Origin: Ascidiella aspersa
Taxonomy: Eukaryota
Length of the DNA: 64,000 nucleotides
Reading direction: 5' to 3'
Assembly (NCBI GenBank): GCA_963924565.1
Contig: OZ004607.1
Coordinates: 13,702,001-13,766,000, forward strand
The notes beneath the pieces are model-generated. The model searched no databases. It had not been told where the DNA came from and worked only from the letters and a program-made list of their open reading frames with translations. Of this stretch, positions 22,901 through 34,100 are shown one piece after another (within the stretch, counting starts at the first letter, position 1; the number at the start of each line of letters is the position of its first letter). Made by a program: the position numbers and the translations under genes.

Positions 22901-25900
22901 AATAGTCGTTTACTCCTAAAACAGGGTTTATTTGTATGGTCTTCATTGTTTCATAACGTGTCCTTTAATTGTTTAGCTAAATTTACGATTATACTGGTTG
23001 TTTAAAATGGTATACGACATGTAAACATCTCGTTGATCTGTTTGTTGTGTCTCCATTTCTACCTGTCGCCTGCGATTGAAACGCTGCAAGCTAAATTTCT
23101 GCCTGTTATAGTACTATTGTGGTTATCTAAACGCACAGGTATTAAGTACTATAACAGGCTTCTTTAACCATTTTGTAAACATTTTTTTTTTCTAAATGAT
23201 GTTTAAAAAAACTCCCAAGAAAAATTTCCTATTGCCTTATAACAGTGAAAAAGAGTTTTAAAACAAAAAGTTAACCGCTTAATACATAGGATCACAACTC
23301 GGTTTTACGTTTATAAACATTTTTTTCTTGAACCAGGTCCTTTCTATGTACAACATTTTCCTCGGAGACAAAAAGACGAACCGGGAGAACCGCTTGCCCC
23401 CTCCCCCGCCCAACGGGACTTCCCCGGCCGCCAACAAGCGGCCCTACCTCATGTACGAGATAAAGAGCGACGACGGATATTCCGCCAGCGGCCCCGACTT
23501 GCAAGGTGATAAAAACGTCAAAATATTTTTTTACTGGAGTTTGCGACCCTAGTTTTTCCATTGTTGTTGCGTGGTAATCGCCTCGCACTGTTTCTCGCAT
23601 TTTTTTACCTTTTTTTAAGTATATTTTTCACCTTGAAACGTCAGAAATGTCTAACAAAATGATCTACTTTTTCGCTTTTATCATTGCGCAAACTACAGGA
23701 ATGAAGAAATAAAAAGAAATAATTTCCATCTCTTGAAAATATTGGTTTTAATTTATAATATGTTAATTACTTGAAACCTTGAAAAAACTTGATAAGACTG
23801 TCTTTTTTGCTTTTGTTTTGCTAAAACTAAAATGTAAATTTATACCTATTGGAGGAACAGACTTTTCACGTTTACTTATGCTTTTAATTATTAACTTGCA
23901 ACCCCAGAAAAATCGAACTAATCGATTTATTTTTTCGTTTTATCACCATTCATACTAAAGGGATGAGAAAATAGATAGAATAATTCCAACTCCTGTATAA
24001 CATATTTGTATTTAAAAGTTTTGTATCTTAAAACGTTAAAAACAGTCCCTTTTCGCTTTTGTTTACTCAAACTAAAGAGCCACTTCATATTTACTCCAAA
24101 CATGCTGTTTTCACTCAATTAACCTTAAAACCAAGCGGATCTCCATTCGCAGAGCTGATGAACCAGCTGTTCGCCGCCGTCCAAGAGTGCCGCTCCACAG
24201 CCAAGGGGGGAAACCCCTGCCTGGCGCTGACGTCGGTCATGACGCCGCACCGCTTCCTGGGACTTTCCCACGACGCCGTACGCTTCCTGGTCGAGCAGCT
24301 GCCCGGTGCGCGCCACTGCCACCGTTACCGCGCCAAGTACCACAAGCACAAGAAGGCCAAAAACGAGGTGACAACCCTAAACTATGAACTTTGTTTATGT
24401 CCTAGCCTCCGTTGTTGTAATCGACTGGCACAATGATCACCAAACTAACGGCAAACGGACCAGATGCTGCCCTTTAGTTTATTCCTTCGACCCTCGGGAT
24501 AGTTTCTTAATGTTTGTAAAATACGTTTAATTATTACTTTATCAACGGGTATGCTTATCAGATGAATATCCAAGCTTTTTTTATTTTTAATTCATGAAAT
24601 TTTAAACCAAACGAAAATTTGCACGATGACTAAATATTTTAGTAATATTTTTAAAGTTATTTTCGTTTATTAATAAAGTCAAATTAGTTCGAAACAAATT
24701 CTATACGACGTCCTAATTTATTAATATCCTTACGGTTATCTGGTCTGTTCGGTCCTGGGTCACTAGAATGCGCTTTGTCGGCGCCCGAGTTTTGTTGTTG
24801 CGTTAATTTTTTGGCCTTGAATTGCCACCACACCCTCCCGCTTTTCGTTCAAGTGCCGTCTTTTCAACGTAGCCAAGGCCTCGTCTCCGTTGCCGCTTTG
24901 CTGTGGCAAGCGGTGGGCCCATTTGTCTGGCTTAGCAGCCGTTTTTAAGTGTGCCGATTGCTTGATCTGACTGTTGTTGTGACAGTGGCACCACGACACC
25001 GACTCTCTACCTTCGCATTACTTGACGTTCGAGAAACGTTTTTTGAGTGGTTTAATTGAACTCCTATTCAGAATTCGTTTTGATCACTGGCTTCACACTA
25101 GTGAAGCTGGCGAATTTTAATCGTCAAAACATGATTCGAATTCGAATTTTAATTGCAACATTCCTCGATAGTGTTTGATTGGGGACGTTTGTGGCCAGTA
25201 CTTTTTAAGTAAAGTAGTTTTTTTTAAAGCAACCTCTTTTAAAGTTAATTCAACATGTTTTCAGTTGTGGCAATAAGGATAATTCTAGGTACTTTGTCGA
25301 CAGGGCTAATAAACGGGACTTTACTTGAGCTGGCGTGAATGATTACTTACTAAAAAAGCATGAAGTGGTTTTAATCGATTTTAAATTTGGATTTTAGCCC
25401 AAGAGCAGTGTTACGTCATACTAACGCTACAATTAACACCTGTTATGGGTTTTCAAAAAAAATCAAAGCTGAAACTAACAAACTAAATCTTGCACAAGGG
25501 TAACCAAATAAAAAAGGTTCGTCGAACTCTCTGCCAAACAACATTTCCATCGCATTTTTCAATTTAAAAAAAAGAAAAAGCAAATCAAAAACTAACAAAG
25601 TAAAATCTGCACCAAAGTTGTAAACTCGTCGAATTTTGCACGACAGATAACGCACATCAACCCGCACGGCTGCTGTAGGGCCGAGCAGTACAAGGGCCGC
25701 TCCAAGCCCGACATGTTCAGCTTCCTCGCCTCCAAGTATCGAATCCCGCCCGAGTTCGTTCCCGAGCGACATCAGGACGACGACATGATGCAGCTCAGCA
25801 ACAGGTGCTGTAATCTCCTTGTGCTTAGCTCGTTTGGGTGCAATTAGATAGAAATCAGACGAGCCCGTTTCGTGTAATCGTTGTGCTTGCTTTTCTTGGC

Positions 25901-28421
25901 ATTTTTGCATGATAACGGCGAGATTTTTTATGTAATGCGTTTGTCAACTTGTCTGGTAATCTACAAATTGTAAAGGTGTTTTTTTTTTCAATCAAAAGTG
26001 TTGGTATTTGTATCCGATGCATGGAACTTTTTGTACTTTTAATTTGTTGAATTGGAAAACATATCTAATTTCCAAAAAAACTTCCCCAGCAGCTTGAGCA
26101 ATGGGTAGGTTACTCGTTACACTAGGTAAAAAATACACTGCACATTTTGCTTACCGCATTCCTATAGCTCAGAGTGATTCCTTAACTTTTTCAGCTTTTA
26201 AAAGCTTGCGGCACAGTAAGAAAATTAAAAAAAATATTCGCGGCACACTTTCTACAAAACAACAATTTCGTAACTTGACAGTCGCCCCAAATACATGGAA
26301 AGGCAATTGGTAAATGTATTATTAGTTTTCTAATGGACAGTGTGTATTCCAGTTAGTATGGAAATTTGTAATGCAAATTGGTTATTTTCTAATATAACCA
26401 AAAGTTTCGCGACAATCTCTCAAGGCACAGAGTTGAACATTCACTGCTTTAGCTTGAATCAGTGGTTTCAGTGGTAAACCTGTTTAGCAACAACTTTACA
26501 ACTTGGCTGTCGCCCTTAATACATGGAACTGCAATGGGTCCGATTTATATGGAATAGTATGCATCCAAGTCTCGAATGCTTAGTTGTAAACTCTTTTTTA
26601 ACACAAACAGGTTGGTTATCAAAATAACAAAAAGCTACCGACGCACTTAATAATCCTTCACGGTACAGTCACTAGCTTAATGAAAGAAACGCTCTAACGC
26701 TGTCCTACTGTGCACAGGCGAGCGACCAGCATGGAACAGCTGCCGATGGCGATGCGATTCCGCCACTTGCGCACCTTCTCGCGTGAGGCGGTGGGCGTCT
26801 ACCGCTCTTCCATCCACGGCAGGGGTCTCTTTTGTAAGCGCGATGTCGAGGCCGGGGAAATGATCATGGAATACACGGGCGAGGTAAGCTGAGCGTTTGT
26901 CTGGTTGAACAAATACGACGAATCATTTAAAGTTTAGGTGGTAGCTAGGTCAATGTTTGTGTACGGGTCAGAGTGTGAAGTTCCACACGTAAATAACGAG
27001 CTGCCTTTAGGTAAGAACAACTACTTATTTCTGACCAATTAAACTTCCATTGTTGCCAAGGTTGTTTCGGTTATTTCACTTTCCCTAATAATGGTTTGAA
27101 TCGGCAGCGATACCATTCTCAGTATCTGACGAGTACCACTACGACTATCTAGAACCGGTTATCGGATTCTTTTTGACATTATCGCGCATCGCCTATTCTG
27201 TACTAGTAAGAAATTTCATATATGTCTCAGCATCCAACAAATTGGCCTGTTTCAGACCTTGTGGCGGTTTCACGTCCTAATTGTCTTAGAGAGTTTGGTA
27301 TTTAAGCCATAGTTTTATACCAAGAAAGATATGGCTTAATACCCGGGTTAATGCCGAGTTCCTTTATGACGATTTTACCTTTGGCTTGCAATTTAAAATG
27401 TCCGACATCCTAATACCCTGCACCTGACTTTGCTTGGCCAGGTGATACGACGTGAGTTGACCGACAAGCGCGAAAAGTGCTACGAGAGCAAAAGCATCGG
27501 CTGCTACATGTTCCGCATGGACGACTTTTACGTGGTGGACGCAACCATGCGTGGCTCGAGTGCGCGCTTCGTCAACCACTCGTGCGAACCAAACTGCTAC
27601 TCCAGGATTGTCAATGTTGAAGGTACGAGGGGACGGGGTTCACACTTTTCTAACCTTTTTGCGGAATTTTATTTCATGTCCTTTTTTACATAACATTACC
27701 AAGTCGCTAGATATGCCATTCGTCACGATACGGTTATGGTTCTTAAACCATCGGTATTGATACGCAAAAATTAAAGTGTTGCACCCAGTCGTAACCGCAT
27801 TAAAAAAAATATATCAAAAAAATGTAAAAGGCGAATTCGCGTTTTTTATTGAAATAAGCTTAGCATGCATCAACGCTGTATCCACGCCTGTAATATTTGA
27901 CTTGACGCCAGAGCATTTAAACAGGCAAAAAACTTCCCCTTGCGCTTGAATGCCTCTGGCCAACGGCACTAAGCAGGTCTGAAGCTATGGTAAGGCGATC
28001 CGAAAGGAGACTACAAAATCAAGCTTATAGTCTACACCGTATTGCTTGCAAGTTACACAATATTGCTTGCAAATAATTTGGTTTGCATTTTCTAAAGATT
28101 CCGGTGTAGTGCACAGGAAAAACGCTTGCAGAAACTCGAAACCGAAATATTTCGCGTAAGATTGGGGTTAGGGTAGTTAGAGCTAAACCCCGACAAATAT
28201 TCCGCGCTTCCGCAAGCCCTTTTTTGGCGTATTGCCGGCAGCGTTTTGACCGTTTTGCTCGCGTCCTTTTTTCAGGCAAGAAGCACATCGTGATATTCGC
28301 GCTGCGCAAGATCTTCCGCGGCGAGGAACTCACCTACGACTACAAGTTCCCGATCGAGGACGACTCGCACAAGATCACGTGCAACTGCGGCGCGCGCACC
28401 TGTCGCAAGTTCATGAACTGA
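3261..28421 (+). CDS. KMT2A: Histone-lysine N-methyltransferase trithorax / KMT2A-KMT2B (MLL1/2) ortholog, 5'-partial, 22 coding exons
   Basis: Phase-consistent exons: 3261-3428, 4298-4386, 4775-4922, 5322-5475, 5835-5950, 6815-6979, 7618-7849, 9936-10073, 10826-10984, 11667-11863, 12362-12510, 12898-15627(or 15636), 16062-17194, 17959-18165, 18812-18962, 21841-21947, 23337-23505, 24153-24367, 25647-25804, 26718-26883, 27442-27622, 28276-28421. Motifs: [13 protein letters not shown] and [36 protein letters not shown] (PHD2/3), VFPWF (bromo), [21 protein letters not shown] (ePHD), [17 protein letters not shown] (Win), SET and post-SET. The KMT2A vs KMT2B distinction is probably not meaningful for an invertebrate trx ortholog. 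Confidence 0.95.
4961..5129. repeat. Foldback element: ~56-bp inverted arms (4961-5016 / 5074-5129) around a 57-bp loop
   Basis: taaacaaataaaactcaaagtttaaaaacctgagtaaaaccaggatcagacgtttt versus its reverse complement at 5074-5129, about 3 mismatches. Confidence 0.85.
6468..6778. mobile_element. Degenerate hAT-type MITE (same family as 19226-21573)
   Basis: Ends cagggataaggaac...gattgcctacccctg. Internal accaaactcagaaa.gtct.tgcggg is shared with 19268-19294. Confidence 0.6.
7256..7516. repeat. ~33-bp imperfect inverted repeat pair (7256-7288 / 7484-7516), MITE-like
   Basis: cgaaattaaaaacatacccgaatttcttgtagg versus the reverse complement of cctactaggagttcgggtatttttttaatttcg. Confidence 0.6.
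7459..7606. repeat. Minisatellite-like ~21-bp repeats (acccactttaccccagtaggtt) abutting a splice acceptor
   Basis: About 5 imperfect copies visible. Confidence 0.75.
7618..12510 (+). CDS. KMT2A: KMT2/trx exons encoding the extended PHD4 and FYRN (7618-7849, 9936-10073, 10826-10984, 11667-11863, 12362-12510)
   Basis: [13 protein letters not shown] / [27 protein letters not shown] / [14 protein letters not shown]...NYHFMCAR...FCARH / [12 protein letters not shown]...[12 protein letters not shown]. Confidence 0.9.
11344..11528. repeat. Degenerate direct duplication (~78-bp copies, ~108-bp period)
   Basis: gcctgtt.tattttaatta...ctttaaattaaacc occurs twice. Confidence 0.65.
12898..15636 (+). CDS. 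KMT2A: KMT2/trx giant (~2.7 kb) exon encoding a low-complexity S/T/P/E/K-rich linker
   Basis: 932-aa ORF in the track. Acceptor ttttcag at 12891-12897 is in phase 1, matching the upstream donor. The donor is either GT at 15628 or GC at 15637 (both phase 1). Confidence 0.85.
16062..17194 (+). CDS. KMT2A: KMT2/trx 1.1-kb acidic/Pro-rich linker exon
   Basis: Acceptor aaacag ending 16061, open frame continuous with the 354-aa ORF, donor ctg|gtacgt at 17195. Confidence 0.85.
17316..17828 (+). mobile_element. hAT (Charlie-like) non-autonomous element retaining a transposase C-terminal remnant
   Basis: TIR caggggtgtccaac / gttggacacccctg. Internal frame reads [17 protein letters not shown] (~17559-17609), resembling the hAT dimerization-domain tail. 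A second copy lies inverted at 53154-53585. Confidence 0.8.
19474..19526 (-). ncRNA. Second copy of the hammerhead ribozyme in the inverted pLTR
   Basis: Exact reverse complement of 21320-21372. Confidence 0.88.
19780..21204 (+). CDS. PLE reverse transcriptase + GIY-YIG endonuclease (N-terminally truncated, frame intact)
   Basis: [49 protein letters not shown], then [30 protein letters not shown]. The frame is open upstream of the track's 19915 start, back to the pLTR junction. Confidence 0.93.
   Translation, partial: DGSAPRIYGLPKIHKEGIPLRPIVSFVGSPTYNLAKYLAKVISPLVGNTEWTVSNSSKFVQEIAQLPPLSYEEVMVSYDVVSLFTCVPVELAMNIASSRIINDYSLKDRTPWLPLDIVDGLRICLEQSFLTFRGSFYQQVQGTAMGSPVSVVVANMTMEALEEKALSTFAYPPRFWRRYVDDIFCVIDNNKVEAFLRHLNEAQPGIRFTMELQSVNCLPFLDVQVTRTDDGVLYSKVYHKPTSTDRYLNFRSHHPTYQKRGVVRSLKDRARRLCTLNDDCEAELANVRKALKYNGYPNWILRDRRATCPKQATHPKTEGFVTLPYIPKLTDILRRMLRDFGVAVGVQPANTLRKLLCHPKDPINTFEQRGVVYSIPCAECPLIYIGETGRSLNTRRKEHQRDVSNSDAKKSALSNHAVSQGHRIDFNAASVVARESDYRKRLFLESWIIHQRGNTMNIKTDVMLSACYRHLLKD
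21320..21372 (+). ncRNA. Minimal type I hammerhead ribozyme in the PLE pLTR (sense to KMT2 pre-mRNA)
   Basis: CTGATGA (21329-35), stem II GACG-a-CCT-gtat-AGG-a-CGTC, GAAA (21357-60), palindromic ACGT stem III with GTC cleavage triplet, stem I ttattt-a-cc / gg-aataa. Confidence 0.88.
25647..28421 (+). CDS. KMT2A: KMT2/trx Win motif, SET and post-SET exons (25647-25804, 26718-26883, 27442-27622, 28276-28421)
   Basis: [76 protein letters not shown]. Confidence 0.97.
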
Positions 28422-30699
28422 GCAAAGGGTTCACCTGTCTGTCTGCCCGCTGATTCTCCTTGAAGGTTCACACCCTGCCAACAGTGCCTTGTCAATGTCG
28501 CGTCGGTTGTAACGGTTTGCTTTGCGCGCCGGTCCCACGAAAGTTCGTGTTTGTTTTTTCAGTAAGTTTGTGATAGATCAAGAGCACGTCCTACATCATA
28601 CACCATATTTGCCTGCTCTTTTTGAGTTGGATGCCTTGAGAAGTCGGTAGCGATTGATTCCAACTGTCTAAAATTGCGGTAACTTCTCTTCTAGGTTTTG
28701 TCGATTAATACCAGTTGTGAGCTCACTTTACACAATTGGTGCACTATTTTAAAACTATAATTTTGAATATGAAGGCAAACTTCAAAAATTCGTCAACCAT
28801 GGTGCGCTTCAACCAAAATTTACATGTTTCTGCCTAAATTGTTTTACAGTTTCTGTTCGTAAAAAAATCGTGGACGCCCGTAACATTGCAAAAAATGTTT
28901 TGTGTTGTTTGTTGCGGAATCAGTGTTAAACCTACTAGCGAGCAGTATGACTCGATCTAATTGCACCTCTCATAATGTTCATTCATACAGTTGAAGCATG
29001 CTTTCCGTGTTCGTTTTCTTACGTCATTCATTGGTTGCTTGGACCATCTTGTGTTTTACCGCTGTTCTAACTTTTACCGACCAAATATGTTGTCGTTATC
29101 GTTGACCGTGTATTTTTATTAACTCGAGGTTTAATTTCAAGCTGGTTGTCGCTTTAGAGGAGTTAAAATGAGCATCTAAAGGCATTGAAGCGTTAGTAAT
29201 ATAACGGAATATTGGTCTTCAAATATTCCTGGAAAGTCGCTAAATTGGTTCGCAGTTTAGTTCCGTCGCGAACGAAGGACCAAATTACTATTTGCAACTA
29301 TCGAGCCTCACACGCTTAGACTTTTATGACAGTTCGGGTTTGTCGTGTTCATTGTGATTCTGCGTATCGTGATTATTGTTCGAGGTTTGTCGCTGCTGGT
29401 TGCACCTGCCCACTGCCCAGTGCCCCAATTCCGAAAGCAAATCTACATATTAAATGTCTATTGCACAAATCCGTGACTAATACGTGATTGCTCATGCGTC
29501 GTGTTCGAATTCGGGCGTATAGTAAAGTGTGAAATGTGATGGCGCCCTAATGCTGCTGGTTTCCTTTGTGGTTCACCGATTTCTCTGTGTTTGTGTCTGC
29601 GCTTAAATTTTGCGTCCGCAGCCAATACCCGAAACTCAGTCGCAACGCAGAAATAATATTTTTTCTACTATACTCGGCGTGGTTTTTCGGAACACCTTCG
29701 TATCTTTATTTGTTCAGTTGCGAGGCGACGGCAAATTGCCGGAGCAAAACAAGTTCTTTTACATCAGGCGCACGCGGGTTCCTGGAATGGGAATTCAAAA
29801 ATACAACATTATTTAACCGCGTTAAAACAGTTTCGCCCATCTATATAGTATACACTACAGGTTTCGGATTTTCATAAAGGTTGCAAACAAAATCCCATTT
29901 GCACTTAATTCGAGGTTTTTATAAGTAAAATGTTGTTTTTTTAAAAAAAAAAAACAATATTTTAGAACCATTGGATCACTGCCGGTTTCTACTGAAGTCG
30001 TTTTTTGTTCAGGACTTCAATCAGTCATGTCTGTAGGGTACAACATAAAGAGGTCAATAGTAGATTACGATATACAGGTACAGTAATGAGAGCACGTTTT
30101 AATATAATTATTGTGTTACCGGTGTTGGGATCAAGGTGCTTGATTAAATATTACCCAACTCCACATTCCAAAAAAAGTGGGTTTCAACTAACAAAATTTG
30201 ACCACTGCAACCAATCTATTTCCATCTACAAATTTTCATAGCATTTGTTTGCATTAACCAAATTGGGAATATGTGATGCTTTAGTCCAATATTAACAATG
30301 TTAAGCAATCATTTTGGTTCAACTTCGCAACATTAATATCACGTATAACTTATTACTGGTTAAGCCGCCTAAGTTAGCATAAATACACGTTTTGTTCGAT
30401 AAAATAAACATTCATTTACGAAAGTCGCAATATAAAAGCGGTGGACCAATAGAAGTAACAGCGGTTAACTGAAACAATAAAACGTAAAACGCCGCATAAT
30501 TACCTTGTTAGGAATTGTGTTTTTGTTAGATCTCCTATCATACAGAACAAGTTTTGTATTGATAGAAATGGCACGACCGCTTAAAGTTCATAAATATGTG
30601 ACCAATTATAATTAACCTGCTCTTAGCCGTAAAGACCGGGCTATATTGCTAATAGAATAGTTGGGCTTACATACACTTCAAAAGAATACAAGCAAAATG

Positions 30700-31156
30700 C
30701 CGATAATTTATTGTTTAATTTTCGACGTTTCAACTTTTCATACAGAATATCTTCATCAGGGAATGAAAAATAGCACCACGCACGACACTACGCAGAGTAA
30801 AAAGAATAAATTGCAGTTACAAATGATAAAAAAGTTGCGATTAGGACGTGAACTCGAAACTGAATCGTTAGGCCGATCTTTTAGCCCTTGAAGGTACGGT
30901 ACTTAAAACCAAACGTCTGTTAAGATGCATCGTGTTAAGCCGTTGTTAAATGTGACACGACTTTCGAAACAGACGTTTCTGGTACATAGTCGTCTTCCTG
31001 TGCAATCATCTCGCCACCAGAAGTGCACTAGCTGTTTTTTTTGCAGTGTTCATTCCCTGATGAAATCATCGTGTAGGCCTATATAGGTAGTCGACACGTC
31101 GGGAAGTAAATAAGAAACGGCCGAAGCATCTTGTTAGGATCATATGCCTGGTAGCA
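30700..31156. mobile_element. Old Penelope-like remnant: minus-strand pLTR with GIY-YIG C-terminal relic and hammerhead, plus a short plus-strand pLTR with a mutated hammerhead
   Basis: Minus strand 30900-30985 translates YQKRLFRKSCHI*QRLNTM (compare [19 protein letters not shown]). Minus ttcattccCTGATGA...GAAACGTC at ~30718-30767. Plus ttcattccCTGATGA...GACACGTCgggaa at ~31049-31105. Ends in tatgcctggtagca (31143-31156), shared with the tail of the 19.4-kb element. Confidence 0.75.
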
Positions 31157-34100
31157 GGGTATTTACAAGAAATGCATGGATCTTAAAGTTTGCATCTAAA
31201 TAAAAGTGTGCGCACATTTTAATGTCCACTTTCCGGCATGTGCACATTTTAAAAAACGTGCGCACATTTGGACGTGCGTATTTTGTTGACATTGTGCAAA
31301 ATATCGCCACGTCCCTGATTGGCTACTTGCTTTGTCAAATCCTTCTTTTGTGAAGACGTATAACTCTCATAGAAATTGAAATGATTCCATAACACTTGAA
31401 AAATTCGAGGGTTATTGGCCTAAATCTACCTGAATTATTTTAAGTATGTAGCAGAATCCTCTTTTAGCTTTTGACGTACAAAAAACCTAAAAATCATAAT
31501 CCTTTTACTAGAGCTTTGCTGATAACCGTGTACCACCTTATAAGTGTTGTGGTAAATCATTATTTTTTTTCAATCAAGAAATACAATTGTCGCGTTTTCA
31601 TGTATTAAAATTACTACGTGACGTTGCAGAATATTTCACAGCCACGAACTTGTTTTATGGCACAAACTAGAACCCTTATTCTTAATTCGCGTCGGCGCAA
31701 AAAAATCGTCTAGTAGTAACTAGTTAACACGTGGCAGAATCTTAGTCACGTTTTTATTTTTTACTATAATTTAACTAATCTATCTGTTTTTAGACAAATA
31801 CAAAAGGTAATTTTTTGAGGGAAGTTTGCTTCGCGAAATTTGTGGCAACGGTAACTTATAGAACCCTATGCTTCTACCAACACATTAATGCTTTTATATT
31901 ATATACTAGCCTCTCTACCTCTACTTTTCCTTAACACCATAACGCTGCAAGGTCTAAAGCTTGTTGGTTACTGACTAACGTGATTATACATAACACAATA
32001 ATAAATCGCCCCTAATGACATTGACTGGTGACGCCCTTGGCAGACTTGATTTACCCGATGTGGGCGGACCCCCCTTTTTGGGTGGCGCAACATTCGCGTC
32101 TCTATTTATACGTTGTTGTTAATACCGCCCAAATATTGTGATTCTCCAAGAAAACTTTGCTGTCGGCGAAAACGTTGCCTCGGTCCCGATCACTACAGGC
32201 TTTAGTTTTCTGTCAGGTTTCATTTGTTGAAGCGTTCGTATAGTCTAAGCGATGAAACAGGATCGTAATGTGCCGCCTTTTTTCGACGGCTGCAGGTTTT
32301 TATATTACACAAACGGCGGTTGCACGACAGTGCAGTACTGCGAGTGCATTTAGCCTATAGCTTAAAAAAATGTTTAGTTGTTCGACTATTTTGTGCGATT
32401 AGAAAAGATGTATAACAACATGGCCTGTGAAGTTTATTAGGGCAGGTCAGGTGCGTGTCAATATAGCGATTATACATGGTATTAGTCAAACCAATCTTTG
32501 TTTAAAATAGTATTATTATTTTCTTGAAATAGCCGGTTTAAATGTGTTGGCCCCGATGTAAGGATATAGTTTACACGTTGTCAACATCTAAACTGTTTTG
32601 GCTATTGTCGTGTTGCTAGCATAAAATTAAACGCGGCAGCACGGGTTATTATGTACCAAACGATGGCAAGCTCCACGTGGTCTTGGCTTAAGAGCTAAAT
32701 GTACAAACACCGCGACAACGAACTGGCAATTTTCTGATGACCTGTGAGAACCGATCGATAGACATTAGCAATGCTATGTTGCATTGGACTTGAGTTAGAA
32801 TAACCGCCAAATAAAACAAACGTGATGCTAAAGGACTTTGGTGTATTCCGCGAATATCTTCGTATCGCAGTGCCAGTTAAAGCTATAATTAACTATTAAG
32901 TTGTCGAACTTTGTTCACTTGTGCTATTGCCATACCATGTGATGCAAAAGCATAATGTTTCAGAGATTGTACAAGTAGGTTAATTCGATCCTCCTTATCT
33001 CCAAATATCAAGAAACGCATATCTGCCTAATTCGTCTGACATGTAATATTAAACAACGCAACGTTTTACGCCAGCTTCGACACAGGTCTAATCTAATCTG
33101 CACAACTGGTTGTTCATAGACCCCTGTTTTTTGAATTGGGAACAAACAGCACTGACTGCATTTTCTTGTAACCTCTGAAAATTGACTAAATATTCTAGTA
33201 TGTAGCTATACCGCGAGCAACTATTTTGTTGTGGTTAGGTGAAATGAACCCCAATTCTAACCCATTATGTTTTCTGCGACTCTTATTTTCAAATGGTAAT
33301 CCAGGCTTAACGCAGCCTCCCTTCCAAGTAATGCAACGTCTATAGGTAATTTGTTGTGTTGGTCAATAACAGTTCCACCTTAGGGTTCAAGTTTCGAAGA
33401 AAATGCGCTTCGCACTCTTAGGCATGAGAACCCCGATTTAAATTGTTTGACAAGCCAGTCCTATGGGTTGTTTCAGGTTTTAATAATTATTTAAACGAGT
33501 GTAAAATGGCATAACGAGTTAAAACGGATCAATCAACTAGGATATCGTTAGGCAATGAACCCGAAAGCCCGAAAGCAGAAGCATTTGCAACCGAAGCAAG
33601 ATTAATTTTCCTTTTCTGGGCTTTCCGTTAGCAAATAAATATTAAGTTTGTGTATTGCAGCACAACTGAGATACTAATTAAGCTATGGTTTGACCTGGCA
33701 TCCTTTAAATATGCCAAAGCTTTTTAGTATATTTTTTATTCAGTGATGTGTCGTAATGGTTAAAATATATGAGACTCCAAACCAGGACAAGTTTAATCGT
33801 TATATCAAAGCAAAACCATTATGGTAATATGCACCGGTAACACCATGTTAGTATCAGATCAGATTACGTTGCAAAACTATTTGTTAGGCAAGGTGCTCCT
33901 TGGTGATTTAGGTTGCCATCGGTCGTCAAGCATTAAGTTTAGTAAACGTTAAATGTATAAGCATAATATCGCCTAAACGGCGAATTGTAATTGTAGCGCA
34001 CGACCTATTGAAAGTTGTATATTGTACCTCCAAGCTTGATGTGAAGAACGAAGACATTGGTAATTCACGCGGCCGATCATTATTATTATTACACGCGTTA

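Noticed and set aside
31207-31280. Repeated gtgcgcacattt, resembling metal-response elements
   Set aside because: More likely subterminal repeats of a decayed transposon; no nearby TSS evidence
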